DNA from: an uncultured virus (IMG/VR IMGVR_UViG_3300027906_000011)
Taxonomy: Duplodnaviria; Heunggongvirae; Uroviricota; Caudoviricetes
Reading direction: 5' to 3' (one strand)
DNA length: 20,000 bases
IMG/VR virus record: IMGVR_UViG_3300027906_000011
Below, piece by piece: positions 7,645-16,322 of this stretch (within the stretch, counting starts at the first letter, position 1; every line of letters begins with the position of its first letter). The position numbers and the translations under genes were made by a program. Under the pieces are notes generated by a model that saw only the letters and a program-made list of their open reading frames with translations, was not told the origin of the DNA and did not search any database.

Positions 7645-7982
7645 TATGCAAATTCTCTATCGATTTCTGCCATGGCTCTAATTTTTGCTTTCGTTTTAAA
7701 TCTAGCCATTTTTCTTTCGAATAGACCTTTTAGTTCTCTCAAGTTTTTTGAATCTTCTTCATTGAGATATTTGCTCCAAGATTCGCCTGCATGTTTCATA
7801 TAGAAAGCAATTGCTTGTCTTTCATAATCATCATTGAATTCGAAGTCGTCTTCTTTGACTCCTAGAGCTAATGTGACGCCTTTTGAATGACCAAGAACTT
7901 CTTTGTTATTCAATTTAATTTGCATATTGCCAGTCGCCGAAGCAATACGAAGGCCTTTGTAGCCATCTATAGATATACTCAT
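7644..7982 (-). CDS. Hypothetical protein
   Basis: 112-aa ORF with RBS AGGAG; stop overlaps next start (TAATG). Confidence 0.75.
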   Translation of the reverse strand: MSISIDGYKGLRIASATGNMQIKLNNKEVLGHSKGVTLALGVKEDDFEFNDDYERQAIAFYMKHAGESWSKYLNEEDSKNLRELKGLFERKMARFKTKAKIRAMAEIDREFA

Positions 7983-8007
7983 ATTTTTACTCCTATATTT
8001 TGCATAT

Positions 8008-8547
8008 TCATAATTTCATCTGTCCTTTTTTTGAATCATAACTGGTGTATGCAGTAGTGCCATCATTTCTTAATGATGTTGTATCTACTTCACCAACCTT
8101 TGTCATTCTATCGATTGGATAGTTGAACCAAAGTAGTCCAGTTTTTTCATCAAATTTAAAGATACTAGAATTCTTTTCATTTCTTTTAATGTAATCTTTC
8201 ATTTCTTGAGAAGTGACTGAGTAAACATGTCCTTCCCACTGTTTAGTTTTTTCTCTAATGTCTGACCTTGATTTATTATCAACAGTGCAAACAAACCATA
8301 TCTCATCAACCTTATCAATTTTCTTTAACTGAGCAGGTGACCATGGATATGATAACATCTTTTTAAATGCATAAGGTGTTTGTGTCTTAACTTCAATTCT
8401 TTTTACTTCATCACTGACACAATGAACTGCCTTAATGTCTGCTTGTGAGGCAAACTTATTTTCTGGAAAGAAACAAAGCCAACCACCACTCGCCAAGATG
8501 TTGGCACATAATAGTTCTCCTTGTTTACCTTTCTCTGCTTGTTTCAT
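8008..8547 (-). CDS. Putative PD-(D/E)XK nuclease
   Basis: N-terminal KGKQGELL helix, QADI, IEVKT: the canonical GxxGE...D...EVK arrangement. Confidence 0.65.
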   Translation of the reverse strand: MKQAEKGKQGELLCANILASGGWLCFFPENKFASQADIKAVHCVSDEVKRIEVKTQTPYAFKKMLSYPWSPAQLKKIDKVDEIWFVCTVDNKSRSDIREKTKQWEGHVYSVTSQEMKDYIKRNEKNSSIFKFDEKTGLLWFNYPIDRMTKVGEVDTTSLRNDGTTAYTSYDSKKGQMKL

Positions 8548-8798
8548 TCCATGTCCTTAAGTAATCTCTGCATATCAATTGCAATAGAAGTCTTCTGACC
8601 CTTTCGCATTGTAGTATATGAATCGTTATTGACCCAAAATCTAAATGCCTTACATTCAACTTCTTCTTCAGCACAAAGCGCCTGTCTTGGACAGTCAAAC
8701 TTCACACATGGTCCTTTACCAACACTAACTATCGCCTCTTGAAACTTATCTAAGTTTACTGATTCGATATACCGAACCTCTTCCATTCTTATGCCCAT
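8544..8798 (-). CDS. Small four-cysteine (metal-binding?) hypothetical protein
   Basis: PCVKFDCPRQALCAEEEVECKAF; TAATG coupling to the upstream VWA gene. Confidence 0.7.
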   Translation of the reverse strand: MGIRMEEVRYIESVNLDKFQEAIVSVGKGPCVKFDCPRQALCAEEEVECKAFRFWVNNDSYTTMRKGQKTSIAIDMQRLLKDME

Positions 8799-11209
8799 TA
8801 TGCAATCTCCTTTATAAATTCATTTGTTAAAAATCTTGAAGTGGTTTTACCTTTTTGGTTTCTTTTGAAGGCAGCCATCACTCTGTTTTTGTTTGCACCG
8901 ATGTATTCATCATCAAGTTCATCTTCGCCTGAGGTGCCAAGGTTGGTTGCAGAAGTCAAGAACAATTTATTATAACCTTTGACTTCAATTACATGTCCTG
9001 CCTTTTTCATATCTCTCCACATTCCATCTATTTGGTCGTAAGCGCAATCGCCCAACAACTCATATGCAGTATTTCTGAATTCTGCCTTCTTAGAGAACAC
9101 AAAGTATCCTGTCACGGTCACATTACAAGTTTCTGATAACCAATCTAAAAGATTCTGAGTTGTTTCCATTCCAGTTCTGTAATCTGTTTTCTCGGTGAAA
9201 GTGAAACTCTTATTAATGTATGGGTCTAAGAAACTTCTTTTCATGTTCCATCTTGCAGTCCAACCATCTTCGCCCATTTGAGCCTTCTGGTCTGCTCTTT
9301 CTTGTTCTCCAGAATCAAAGAATCTTGAACTATGAGTATAACCATCTGTAATAACTGTTAAGATAGATTTCTCAATTTGATACTGGTGATTAAACTCTGG
9401 TAAGAATTTTCTCAATCCAACTAAACATTGGTCAAGAGGTGTGCCACCCAATCTGTAATTTTGTGGATACATTTGAGTGTCGTGAATATAACGATTGTTA
9501 TAATATGCATCGTTGTCCCAAGTTTGAACTCCACTAAAAATTCTATTGTATTCTGCAATCAAAGCTTCTTCTTTGTTTCTCCAAGTGTATGTAATAACTT
9601 CATGAATTCTAGAAACTAGTATTGAACTAAGATATGTAAACATCTCATTATACTCTCTGCCTGTTTGTTCATTAGAAAGTATTTCAACTAATTTACCATC
9701 ACCACTTGAACGATATTCATCAGCTCTTTTTATTGCATCTGAGAACAAATAAACTCTGAAAGGTATTTGAACTTTTCTACAGAACTCAGCAAGAATAAGA
9801 GATTGTTCAAGTAAGTCTGAAACTTCTCTAGAGATTGAACCAGACCAGTCAACTATAACATTTAAACCATGATTCTTACCATCAGGTATGTAAGTGACTC
9901 TTTTGAAGATATCATCTACTATCTGATACTTTGCAAGTCTATTCATATCAAGTTCACCACTTGTGCCTGTATATGCCTTGGCAGTTCTATGAGCAGTTTG
10001 TCTCATCTCGAATTCTTTTGCCATGTGAGCAACAATCTTTTTGTTCTTGGTTTGAATATACTTCTTATAGTGAGTTGCAAGTTTAAGATAATGTTTTCTC
10101 GCTTCAATTTGTTCGGTGCCTCTTCTGATTTTCCAATCATCTTCTTCACCATAATCTTTTGCATTTTTGATTTCTTCAATTTCTTTTAGTAATCTTGCAC
10201 CAGTCATGTAGTCTCTCCAATCTTGAAGAACTTCTTTATAATCATATTTGATACTATCTATATCAAACTCTTTAAATCTTTCTCTTAATGGAATAGTTGT
10301 CTCGATTCTGGCGTTTTCATCTACGAACTGGTCTTCGTTGTTGTGAGCCGCATGTTCGGTGATTGATTCTCTTGCACCCTCAGGTTCATCATATCTACCT
10401 TCGAACTTGCCACCCTCTCTACCAGTGACTTTTATTTCAGACTCTTCTTCTTTAGTCTCTTCGGACTCTTCATCAGATTCTTGTTCAAGTTGAGGTGGAG
10501 TTTCTTCTTCATCTTCATCTTCTTCCTCAGACTCTTCATAATCAAACTGATTCTCTTCTAACTCTTCGGACTCTTCATCGTCTTCAAGTTCTTCTTCCTC
10601 AGGCATTTGAAATGTGACCTGTTCGTCATTCTCATCTCTTTTTTCATTTTCTTTAGACCATTCATATATTGCAGTGGCACATTCTACGACATCTTCCCAT
10701 GTCTTACAATCTTGTGCCATATCTAAGAACTTTTGTTCTTCATCAGTAAGAGTGATACTAACTTTAGAACCACACTTTGTAATGAGGTTGATTTTATCAA
10801 TCAATGAAAGTTCTTGAAGGTCTCTTCCTTTTATACCAAAGAAGTTTCTTTTTATTAACTCATCATACGCCTTGAAGAATGAAGTTCTTAATCCTTGATA
10901 TTTGTTTTTAATCGCCTTCTCAATTCTTACATCTTCAACAACATTAAGATATCCTTTAAGTGTTCTATTCTCACTGATAGTGGAATGAAGTCCCTCGTAT
11001 GGAGTATTCAATGCGTGTCCAACTTCATGACCCATAAACAAGTCATAAAGTGCAGGCGATAAATCATCTTTAAAAGTAGGACAAGCAAGAACCCTATTCT
11101 TCACATCAAAATATGCGGTGGGTATTGCTTTATGAACTATGGTAAGATTCTCTGTAGCCATTAATCTGGCGAGATTATCTTTCTGATTTCTTAATTTTTC
11201 TGATGTCAT
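8798..11209 (-). CDS. HEXXH metallopeptidase-like + VWA domain protein (CobT-like partner of the AAA+ ATPase)
   Basis: GHEVGHAL and NVVEDVRIE at the N-terminus; long acidic linker; MIDAS DWSGS, LGGTPL, ITDG. Confidence 0.85.
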   Translation of the reverse strand: MTSEKLRNQKDNLARLMATENLTIVHKAIPTAYFDVKNRVLACPTFKDDLSPALYDLFMGHEVGHALNTPYEGLHSTISENRTLKGYLNVVEDVRIEKAIKNKYQGLRTSFFKAYDELIKRNFFGIKGRDLQELSLIDKINLITKCGSKVSITLTDEEQKFLDMAQDCKTWEDVVECATAIYEWSKENEKRDENDEQVTFQMPEEEELEDDEESEELEENQFDYEESEEEDEDEEETPPQLEQESDEESEETKEEESEIKVTGREGGKFEGRYDEPEGARESITEHAAHNNEDQFVDENARIETTIPLRERFKEFDIDSIKYDYKEVLQDWRDYMTGARLLKEIEEIKNAKDYGEEDDWKIRRGTEQIEARKHYLKLATHYKKYIQTKNKKIVAHMAKEFEMRQTAHRTAKAYTGTSGELDMNRLAKYQIVDDIFKRVTYIPDGKNHGLNVIVDWSGSISREVSDLLEQSLILAEFCRKVQIPFRVYLFSDAIKRADEYRSSGDGKLVEILSNEQTGREYNEMFTYLSSILVSRIHEVITYTWRNKEEALIAEYNRIFSGVQTWDNDAYYNNRYIHDTQMYPQNYRLGGTPLDQCLVGLRKFLPEFNHQYQIEKSILTVITDGYTHSSRFFDSGEQERADQKAQMGEDGWTARWNMKRSFLDPYINKSFTFTEKTDYRTGMETTQNLLDWLSETCNVTVTGYFVFSKKAEFRNTAYELLGDCAYDQIDGMWRDMKKAGHVIEVKGYNKLFLTSATNLGTSGEDELDDEYIGANKNRVMAAFKRNQKGKTTSRFLTNEFIKEIA

Positions 11210-11215
11210 ATGTAT

Positions 11216-11245
11216 ATCCTACTAAAAAGTGAAGGTCATTGTCAA
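11216..11245 (-). promoter_or_regulatory. Phage early sigma70-type promoter (copy 2)
   Basis: TTGACA ATGACCTTCACTTTTTAG TAGGAT, ending 6 nt before ATG 11209. Confidence 0.82.
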
Positions 11246-11247
11246 AT

Positions 11248-11454
11248 TTAATTATAAGTATTTGATTCTATTGTGTCTACAGTAGAACTCATACTTGATA
11301 TATCGGACTCTAGTGAGTTCAATGAACTTTCTAAATTACTCAATGAACTTTCTAGTGAATCAAGTTTTGATGCCAGTGCATCATTGACTTCAATTACTTT
11401 GTCTATTGTGTCGACTATCTGTTTCATAATCTGCGTGTTGGTTGGATGTCCCAT
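11248..11454 (-). CDS. Small Ser-rich coiled-coil protein
   Basis: Heptad repeats LDSLESSLSNLESSLNSLESDISSM; start ATG 11454 with RBS AAGGAG. Confidence 0.7.
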   Translation of the reverse strand: MGHPTNTQIMKQIVDTIDKVIEVNDALASKLDSLESSLSNLESSLNSLESDISSMSSTVDTIESNTYN

Positions 11455-11473
11455 TATTTTTCTCCTTTGTTGT

Positions 11474-11695
11474 TTACCATTCTTTGTAGAAACCTTCGGC
11501 TTCATTATCGTTATAACCTTTCATATAAATCTTTATTTGATATGGTGTTAAATCTGTTATTCGTTTCCCATGGTATGTTCCATGAGGATAATAGTGAGGT
11601 TTTATACCTCGTCTATAATAAGAGTCGCAAGTGCCTCTGTCATAAAGACCACCATTGACTGTGTGTTTTTCTGCAATTCCTTCTACTTCAAACAT
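11474..11695 (-). CDS. Hypothetical early protein
   Basis: 73 aa, GGLYDRG..DSYYRR..PHYY; RBS AAGGAG. Confidence 0.75.
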   Translation of the reverse strand: MFEVEGIAEKHTVNGGLYDRGTCDSYYRRGIKPHYYPHGTYHGKRITDLTPYQIKIYMKGYNDNEAEGFYKEW

Positions 11696-11918
11696 AATTT
11701 ACTCCTTTATTTGAATCTCTGTCGAACCTATTATCAAGAGTGCAACCATCATAAAAGAAGTCTTTATCCCAATCGGTTCCTAAGATATTTGTTAAGGTAG
11801 TGTCTGCAACATCATCAGTTGGATGCGGCCATACTATATTATGATAAGCATCTTTAGATATTGGAACTACCGTTGGAATGTCTGTTGCAATGTGTGTTAA
11901 ATTTATACTGTATCTCAT
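11688..11918 (-). CDS. Hypothetical early protein
   Basis: 76-aa ORF tightly packed between its neighbours. Confidence 0.65.
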   Translation of the reverse strand: MRYSINLTHIATDIPTVVPISKDAYHNIVWPHPTDDVADTTLTNILGTDWDKDFFYDGCTLDNRFDRDSNKGVNYV

Positions 11919-11921
11919 ATC

Positions 11922-12146
11922 TTATCCGTGGGGACCTGGTATGTTGACTGCATCGTCAAACAGTTGTGTCATTAAAACAGTTCGTGCAAAGTCTATGATG
12001 TTTGCACCATGTGCTTTGTCTCCTGTGAATTTTGAAACTTTGGTTAAGTTTGTTGGGTTTAAAGCAGCTACAACTGCCATGTCTGTCATGTCACACACAT
12101 CAGCAGTGATGTTGTCCACGATTATGTCATTACTAAAGTGACTCAT
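11922..12146 (-). CDS. Hypothetical early protein
   Basis: 74-aa ORF with RBS AAGGAG directly behind early promoter copy 3. Confidence 0.72.
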   Translation of the reverse strand: MSHFSNDIIVDNITADVCDMTDMAVVAALNPTNLTKVSKFTGDKAHGANIIDFARTVLMTQLFDDAVNIPGPHG

Positions 12147-12186
12147 TTCATTCTCCTTATTTTCATTACTTTTCTCATCTATGGAT

Positions 12187-12216
12187 AGGATAACAAAAAG
12201 TGAGACCCATTGTCAA
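12187..12216 (-). promoter_or_regulatory. Phage early sigma70-type promoter (copy 3)
   Basis: TTGACA ATGGGTCTCACTTTTTGT TATCCT (18-nt spacer). Confidence 0.75.
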
Positions 12217-12251
12217 CCTCTGAGAGGCCTATAGGTATAAGGATTTAGAAA

Positions 12252-12890
12252 TTAATTTTGTTGCAGACGGTAGGAATCTTCGTCAACATCTAGGTCTTTC
12301 ACAGGATATATGGGCATAGTTCTGTCCACATCTGTAGTAAACCAGAAGGATAATGTATGTCGTGGGTGTCTTCGGACCTTCGAAACACCATGTGGTATGT
12401 AGATACCTTGAAATAGTAGGCCTGAACCTGTCTCTGGTTCGTATGTTTCACCACCAGGAATGTAAGTTCTGCCACCATTAAAGTTATCGTTTAGATATAA
12501 GATACAAGTCCATTCTCTTGAAGGTTTCTCAGGACTTGTCCCATGTTTCTTTTCTTGATTTGAATATGTATCTAGATGTGGTTCTTGAATACCACCGATT
12601 GGCCACTCATTGAGTGCAATCATTTCTGGAAATACAATCTGGTCTGATGTCTTTCTGACTTCTCCTATCAGATTAACTATTACTTCTGTAATCCAGTTTC
12701 TTATGTGTGGAGTGTGTATGTGCATGAATCTGATACCAGTGTAATCAGAACCATCACCAACTCCTTCTATGTGTCTATGACTCTTGTGAAACTTTATCAG
12801 TTCCTGACATCTCTCCATCGACATCAGATTTTGAATCATTCTTGGCTTGTAATTGCTGGAAGTATCTTGCAAGTTCAATTCGTTTTTCAT
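12252..12890 (-). CDS. 2OG-Fe(II) oxygenase (prolyl-4-hydroxylase-like)
   Basis: HxD (PHLD), CILYLNDNFNGG, distal H (IPHGV), R.TL.FW. Start uncertain (12890 or 12839). Confidence 0.88.
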   Translation of the reverse strand: MKNELNLQDTSSNYKPRMIQNLMSMERCQELIKFHKSHRHIEGVGDGSDYTGIRFMHIHTPHIRNWITEVIVNLIGEVRKTSDQIVFPEMIALNEWPIGGIQEPHLDTYSNQEKKHGTSPEKPSREWTCILYLNDNFNGGRTYIPGGETYEPETGSGLLFQGIYIPHGVSKVRRHPRHTLSFWFTTDVDRTMPIYPVKDLDVDEDSYRLQQN

Positions 12891-13410
12891 ATTCTAATCT
12901 CTTCTTTCTTACCTTAGAACGAGACTTCAATGCTCGTTCTATTTTTAATTTGGATGCTCTTTGTAGGAAGAGTATACCATTCAAATGGTCAATCTCGTGT
13001 TGAACACATCTTGCACCAACACCTTCTAATACTGCTGTCTGTTCTTTGCCATCAACATCTTGATATTTGAACTCTATTGTTTTTGACCTTTTAATCATTA
13101 AGAATATATCTGGAAAAGATAAACAACCTTCTTTTAAAAGTTCAGTCTCTTGTGATACTCGTGTCAATTCAGGATTAAAGTATGCGACATTCTCTGGTTC
13201 TTTATCTCCTTCATGCATAGTTTTCATGATAAACAATCTATATGGCAAACCAACTTGGTTTGCAGATAAACCCAACCCACCGAATTTGTCCATCGCTTCG
13301 CTAAGGTTCTTAGCAATCTCTTTGGGGTCTTCTGGTGGATTCTCGAAATCAAACTCCGGTGGCGGAGTTCTTAATACTTTTGAAGCTTCTTCTATGAGTT
13401 TATACATCAT
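12775..13410 (-). CDS. def: Peptide deformylase
   Basis: Motifs GLGLSANQVG, EGCLS, QHEIDHLNG. Confidence 0.96.
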   Translation of the reverse strand: MMYKLIEEASKVLRTPPPEFDFENPPEDPKEIAKNLSEAMDKFGGLGLSANQVGLPYRLFIMKTMHEGDKEPENVAYFNPELTRVSQETELLKEGCLSFPDIFLMIKRSKTIEFKYQDVDGKEQTAVLEGVGARCVQHEIDHLNGILFLQRASKLKIERALKSRSKVRKKRLEYEKRIELARYFQQLQAKNDSKSDVDGEMSGTDKVSQES

Positions 13411-13413
13411 AAC

Positions 13414-14589
13414 TTATTTATCTGATTCTTCGCCGTGACCTTTCATGAAGTATGGATAAGCTTTAGAACCTGCTTCCCACATATCTGAACCACCAACTTC
13501 TTCTTGTTCACCGACTCTTATACCTACAGTCTTGTCTAATGCCCACCATAATAGATATGATGATGCAAATACAAAACCAAATATCGTGACTGTTCCATAT
13601 GCTTGATGAAGGAAACTTGCATCAGAATTTAGTATAGGAACTAACATAAGTCCTAAAATACCTGCGACACCATGAACTGATATTGCACCAACTGGATCAT
13701 CACAACCTTTTCTTTCTATCCAACTCATGATAACAGGCATCATTAATCCGCCTAGTGAACCATATAGTAATGCGATTGCTGGTGAAGGTGTTAAGGGGTC
13801 AGCAGTTATGACTACTAGACCTGCCAATGCACCATTCGTTGTGGCGTTTAAGGCAGTCTTTCCTAACCATAATTTAGATAATATCATTGCAGATATAAGA
13901 CCACCAGCAGCGGCAGTATTAGTGTTTACGAATATCTTTGCGACTGCATCTGCGTTCTCTATACCGGTGATTGCGAGTTGTGAACCACCATTGAATCCAA
14001 ACCATCCCATCCATAAAATAAGTGTGCCTAATGCGACTTGAGCCGCATTGGAACCGTGTATTGGTCTAGGTGTTCCGTCTTTTAAGTATTTACCCTTTCT
14101 TGGTCCAAGAATCATGACTCCTGCGAGTGCGGCTGAAGCGCCTGCCATATGAACTATACCAGAACCTGCGAAGTCAAAGAACCCTCTCTGACTCAACCAA
14201 CCACCACCCCATGTCCAAGAACCTTGGATTGGATATATGATTGTAGTGAAGATAGCGGCAAACAATAAGAATGTCCATAACTTCTTTCGTTCTGCGACTG
14301 CACCAGATACTACTGACATTGCAGTTGCAACGAATACTACTTGAAAAAAGAAATCAGAATACACCGAATGTGTTTCTATATCTCCCCACCCATACATAAG
14401 GGAATAACCCCCTAATAAGAACCCTACAGATGCAACACTATAAAGTGCAACATTCTTTAGAAGTATCTCAATAACATTCTTACTTCTTACTGAACCAGCT
14501 TCTAACATAGTGAAACCTGCAGCCATCCACATGACTAAGACTCCACTCATTAAAAAGTAAAATGTGTTTAATGAATATGCTAAATCCAT
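13414..14589 (-). CDS. amt: Ammonium transporter (Amt/Mep/Rh family)
   Basis: Polytopic membrane protein with GFTMLEAG.VRSKN, FFQVVF, SGAVAER, WGGGWL, DFAGSGIVH, GWFGFNGGS, NGALAGLV.IT, DDPVGAISVHG; RBS GAGGAG. Confidence 0.96.
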   Translation of the reverse strand: MDLAYSLNTFYFLMSGVLVMWMAAGFTMLEAGSVRSKNVIEILLKNVALYSVASVGFLLGGYSLMYGWGDIETHSVYSDFFFQVVFVATAMSVVSGAVAERKKLWTFLLFAAIFTTIIYPIQGSWTWGGGWLSQRGFFDFAGSGIVHMAGASAALAGVMILGPRKGKYLKDGTPRPIHGSNAAQVALGTLILWMGWFGFNGGSQLAITGIENADAVAKIFVNTNTAAAGGLISAMILSKLWLGKTALNATTNGALAGLVVITADPLTPSPAIALLYGSLGGLMMPVIMSWIERKGCDDPVGAISVHGVAGILGLMLVPILNSDASFLHQAYGTVTIFGFVFASSYLLWWALDKTVGIRVGEQEEVGGSDMWEAGSKAYPYFMKGHGEESDK

Positions 14590-14603
14590 ACTCTTCTCCT
14601 CTA

Positions 14604-16322
14604 TTATGAAATTGCTATACGACTAAAGTTCTTATATTTTTCGAAACGAATTACTTCTTCGAACTTATCGTATAATTGGTCTCCCTTATGGGATATAATA
14701 AAAGCATTTGTTTTCTCATTCAATGAGTTCAATAACTTTAAGAAGTCATCGGTACCTTGTGAATCTAAAGAACTATCAAATACTTCATCCAGTATAAGTA
14801 TGTTTGTATTTACTGAGTTCTTTATTCTTGCGACAGCTCTCCATGTGAAGAGTAATGCAAGGTCAATTCTCATCTTCTCACCTTGTGAAAAGTTATCATA
14901 CTTAAATACATCTCTAAATCTGGATTTGATTGTCTCTTCAAAAGATTCATTCAATTCAAATCCAACATAAAATTCTAAATTGGCCAGATACTTGTTTATC
15001 ATCTTATTCATAACTGGAACATATTGTTTAATAATTCTTTGTCTCACACCTTGGTCTCTTAATAAGGTTGTTGCGAGGTCGAAATAGTGTTGTCTATCAG
15101 TTAAGTTTTCTTTCTTTATATGTAATGCATCTAGGTCATCTTCTGCTGTAGTCAACTTATCATGAACATTAGCATCACCAGAATTTTCATTTTGTAAGTC
15201 TTTGATTTCCTGGTTTAATTTGTCTATGTATTTCTGATTAGATAGTATCTCTGTTTGATGTAAACCAATCTTTCTTTGTAGTTCTTCTATATCATCTTGA
15301 ATAAGATTTATTCTTTGGATTTCATCGTGGCATGAGTCGATTGTTTTTGTAATATCATTGAGCGCCGTCTGGATTTCATTCGATTTAGCCTTTCTTTCTT
15401 TAATATGTTTCTTCTTGTGTTCTTCATCTAAACCTTGTTTGCATGTTGGACAATCATCATTCTCTTGATAAAATAAGACATCTTGGTCAGCTTTAGCTCT
15501 AGCTTGTTCCAATTGCCTTTCTATATCTAGTGTTTCACTTAATCTATCTTCGTTTGATTTCTTGTTAGTTATAAGTTTTTTCTTTTTATCAATCTCTTTG
15601 TTTTCTAGACCGACATCTCTCATAACCTTTTCTATGTTGTCTTGTGTTTCTGTAATAGTGCCTTCATATTTCTGTATCTTCTTATCACGGTTTCTCTGTA
15701 AAAGATTCATCTGTTCATTCAAACCATTTATTCTTTCTTCTAATAACTCTATCTCGTGGTTTGTTTCTCTCACATCTATATTATGTTGTGTGACTTTCTT
15801 CTTTAATATGTCCTGCATTGTGGAGAAAATAGATATGTCTAGTAAGTCCTCTACTAGTCTCCTTCTCTCTACTGACTTTAACTGCATGAATGGAGTAAAG
15901 TTAGCAGAACCTAATACTGCAACTTGTGTAAAGGAACGATAAGACATCTTAAGAATATTTTTCTCTAAGTGTTCTTGATAGTCTCTCATGGTTGCATCTT
16001 GATTTATTAATGCATCATTAACATACAACTCAAATCTGTTTGGTTTTGCTCCACGAATAACTTTATACTTCTTTCTTCCAATATGAAACTCTACCTCACA
16101 TATCAATTCTTTACTATTGATAGAGTTAACCAACAGGTCTTTCTTTAAGTTTCTAAATCCTTTTCCATATAATGCGAAACATAATGCATCTAATAAAGTA
16201 GATTTGCCGGCGCCATTGTCACCAACAATAAGAGTTGTTTGAGCTCTATCGAGTTCTATGGAAGTAAAGGTATTTCCTGACGATAACAAATTTTTGTATC
16301 GTATCTTTTTAAAATTAATCAT
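14604..16322 (-). CDS. gp46: Recombination endonuclease subunit gp46 (Rad50/SbcC-like)
   Basis: Walker A GDNGAGKS, CPTC zinc hook, FSQGEK signature, LILDEVFDSSLD, ISH. Confidence 0.97.
   Translation of the reverse strand: MINFKKIRYKNLLSSGNTFTSIELDRAQTTLIVGDNGAGKSTLLDALCFALYGKGFRNLKKDLLVNSINSKELICEVEFHIGRKKYKVIRGAKPNRFELYVNDALINQDATMRDYQEHLEKNILKMSYRSFTQVAVLGSANFTPFMQLKSVERRRLVEDLLDISIFSTMQDILKKKVTQHNIDVRETNHEIELLEERINGLNEQMNLLQRNRDKKIQKYEGTITETQDNIEKVMRDVGLENKEIDKKKKLITNKKSNEDRLSETLDIERQLEQARAKADQDVLFYQENDDCPTCKQGLDEEHKKKHIKERKAKSNEIQTALNDITKTIDSCHDEIQRINLIQDDIEELQRKIGLHQTEILSNQKYIDKLNQEIKDLQNENSGDANVHDKLTTAEDDLDALHIKKENLTDRQHYFDLATTLLRDQGVRQRIIKQYVPVMNKMINKYLANLEFYVGFELNESFEETIKSRFRDVFKYDNFSQGEKMRIDLALLFTWRAVARIKNSVNTNILILDEVFDSSLDSQGTDDFLKLLNSLNEKTNAFIISHKGDQLYDKFEEVIRFEKYKNFSRIAIS

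Noticed and set aside
10430..10650. TCT/TCA-rich repetitive tract
   Set aside because: Codes for the Glu/Asp-rich linker of the VWA protein; not an independent repeat or array.
5776..11209. Cobalamin biosynthesis (cobS/cobT) as a metabolic auxiliary pathway
   Set aside because: No cobN or other cob genes in the window. The proteins fit the general phage MoxR/VWA family, so no gene symbols were assigned.
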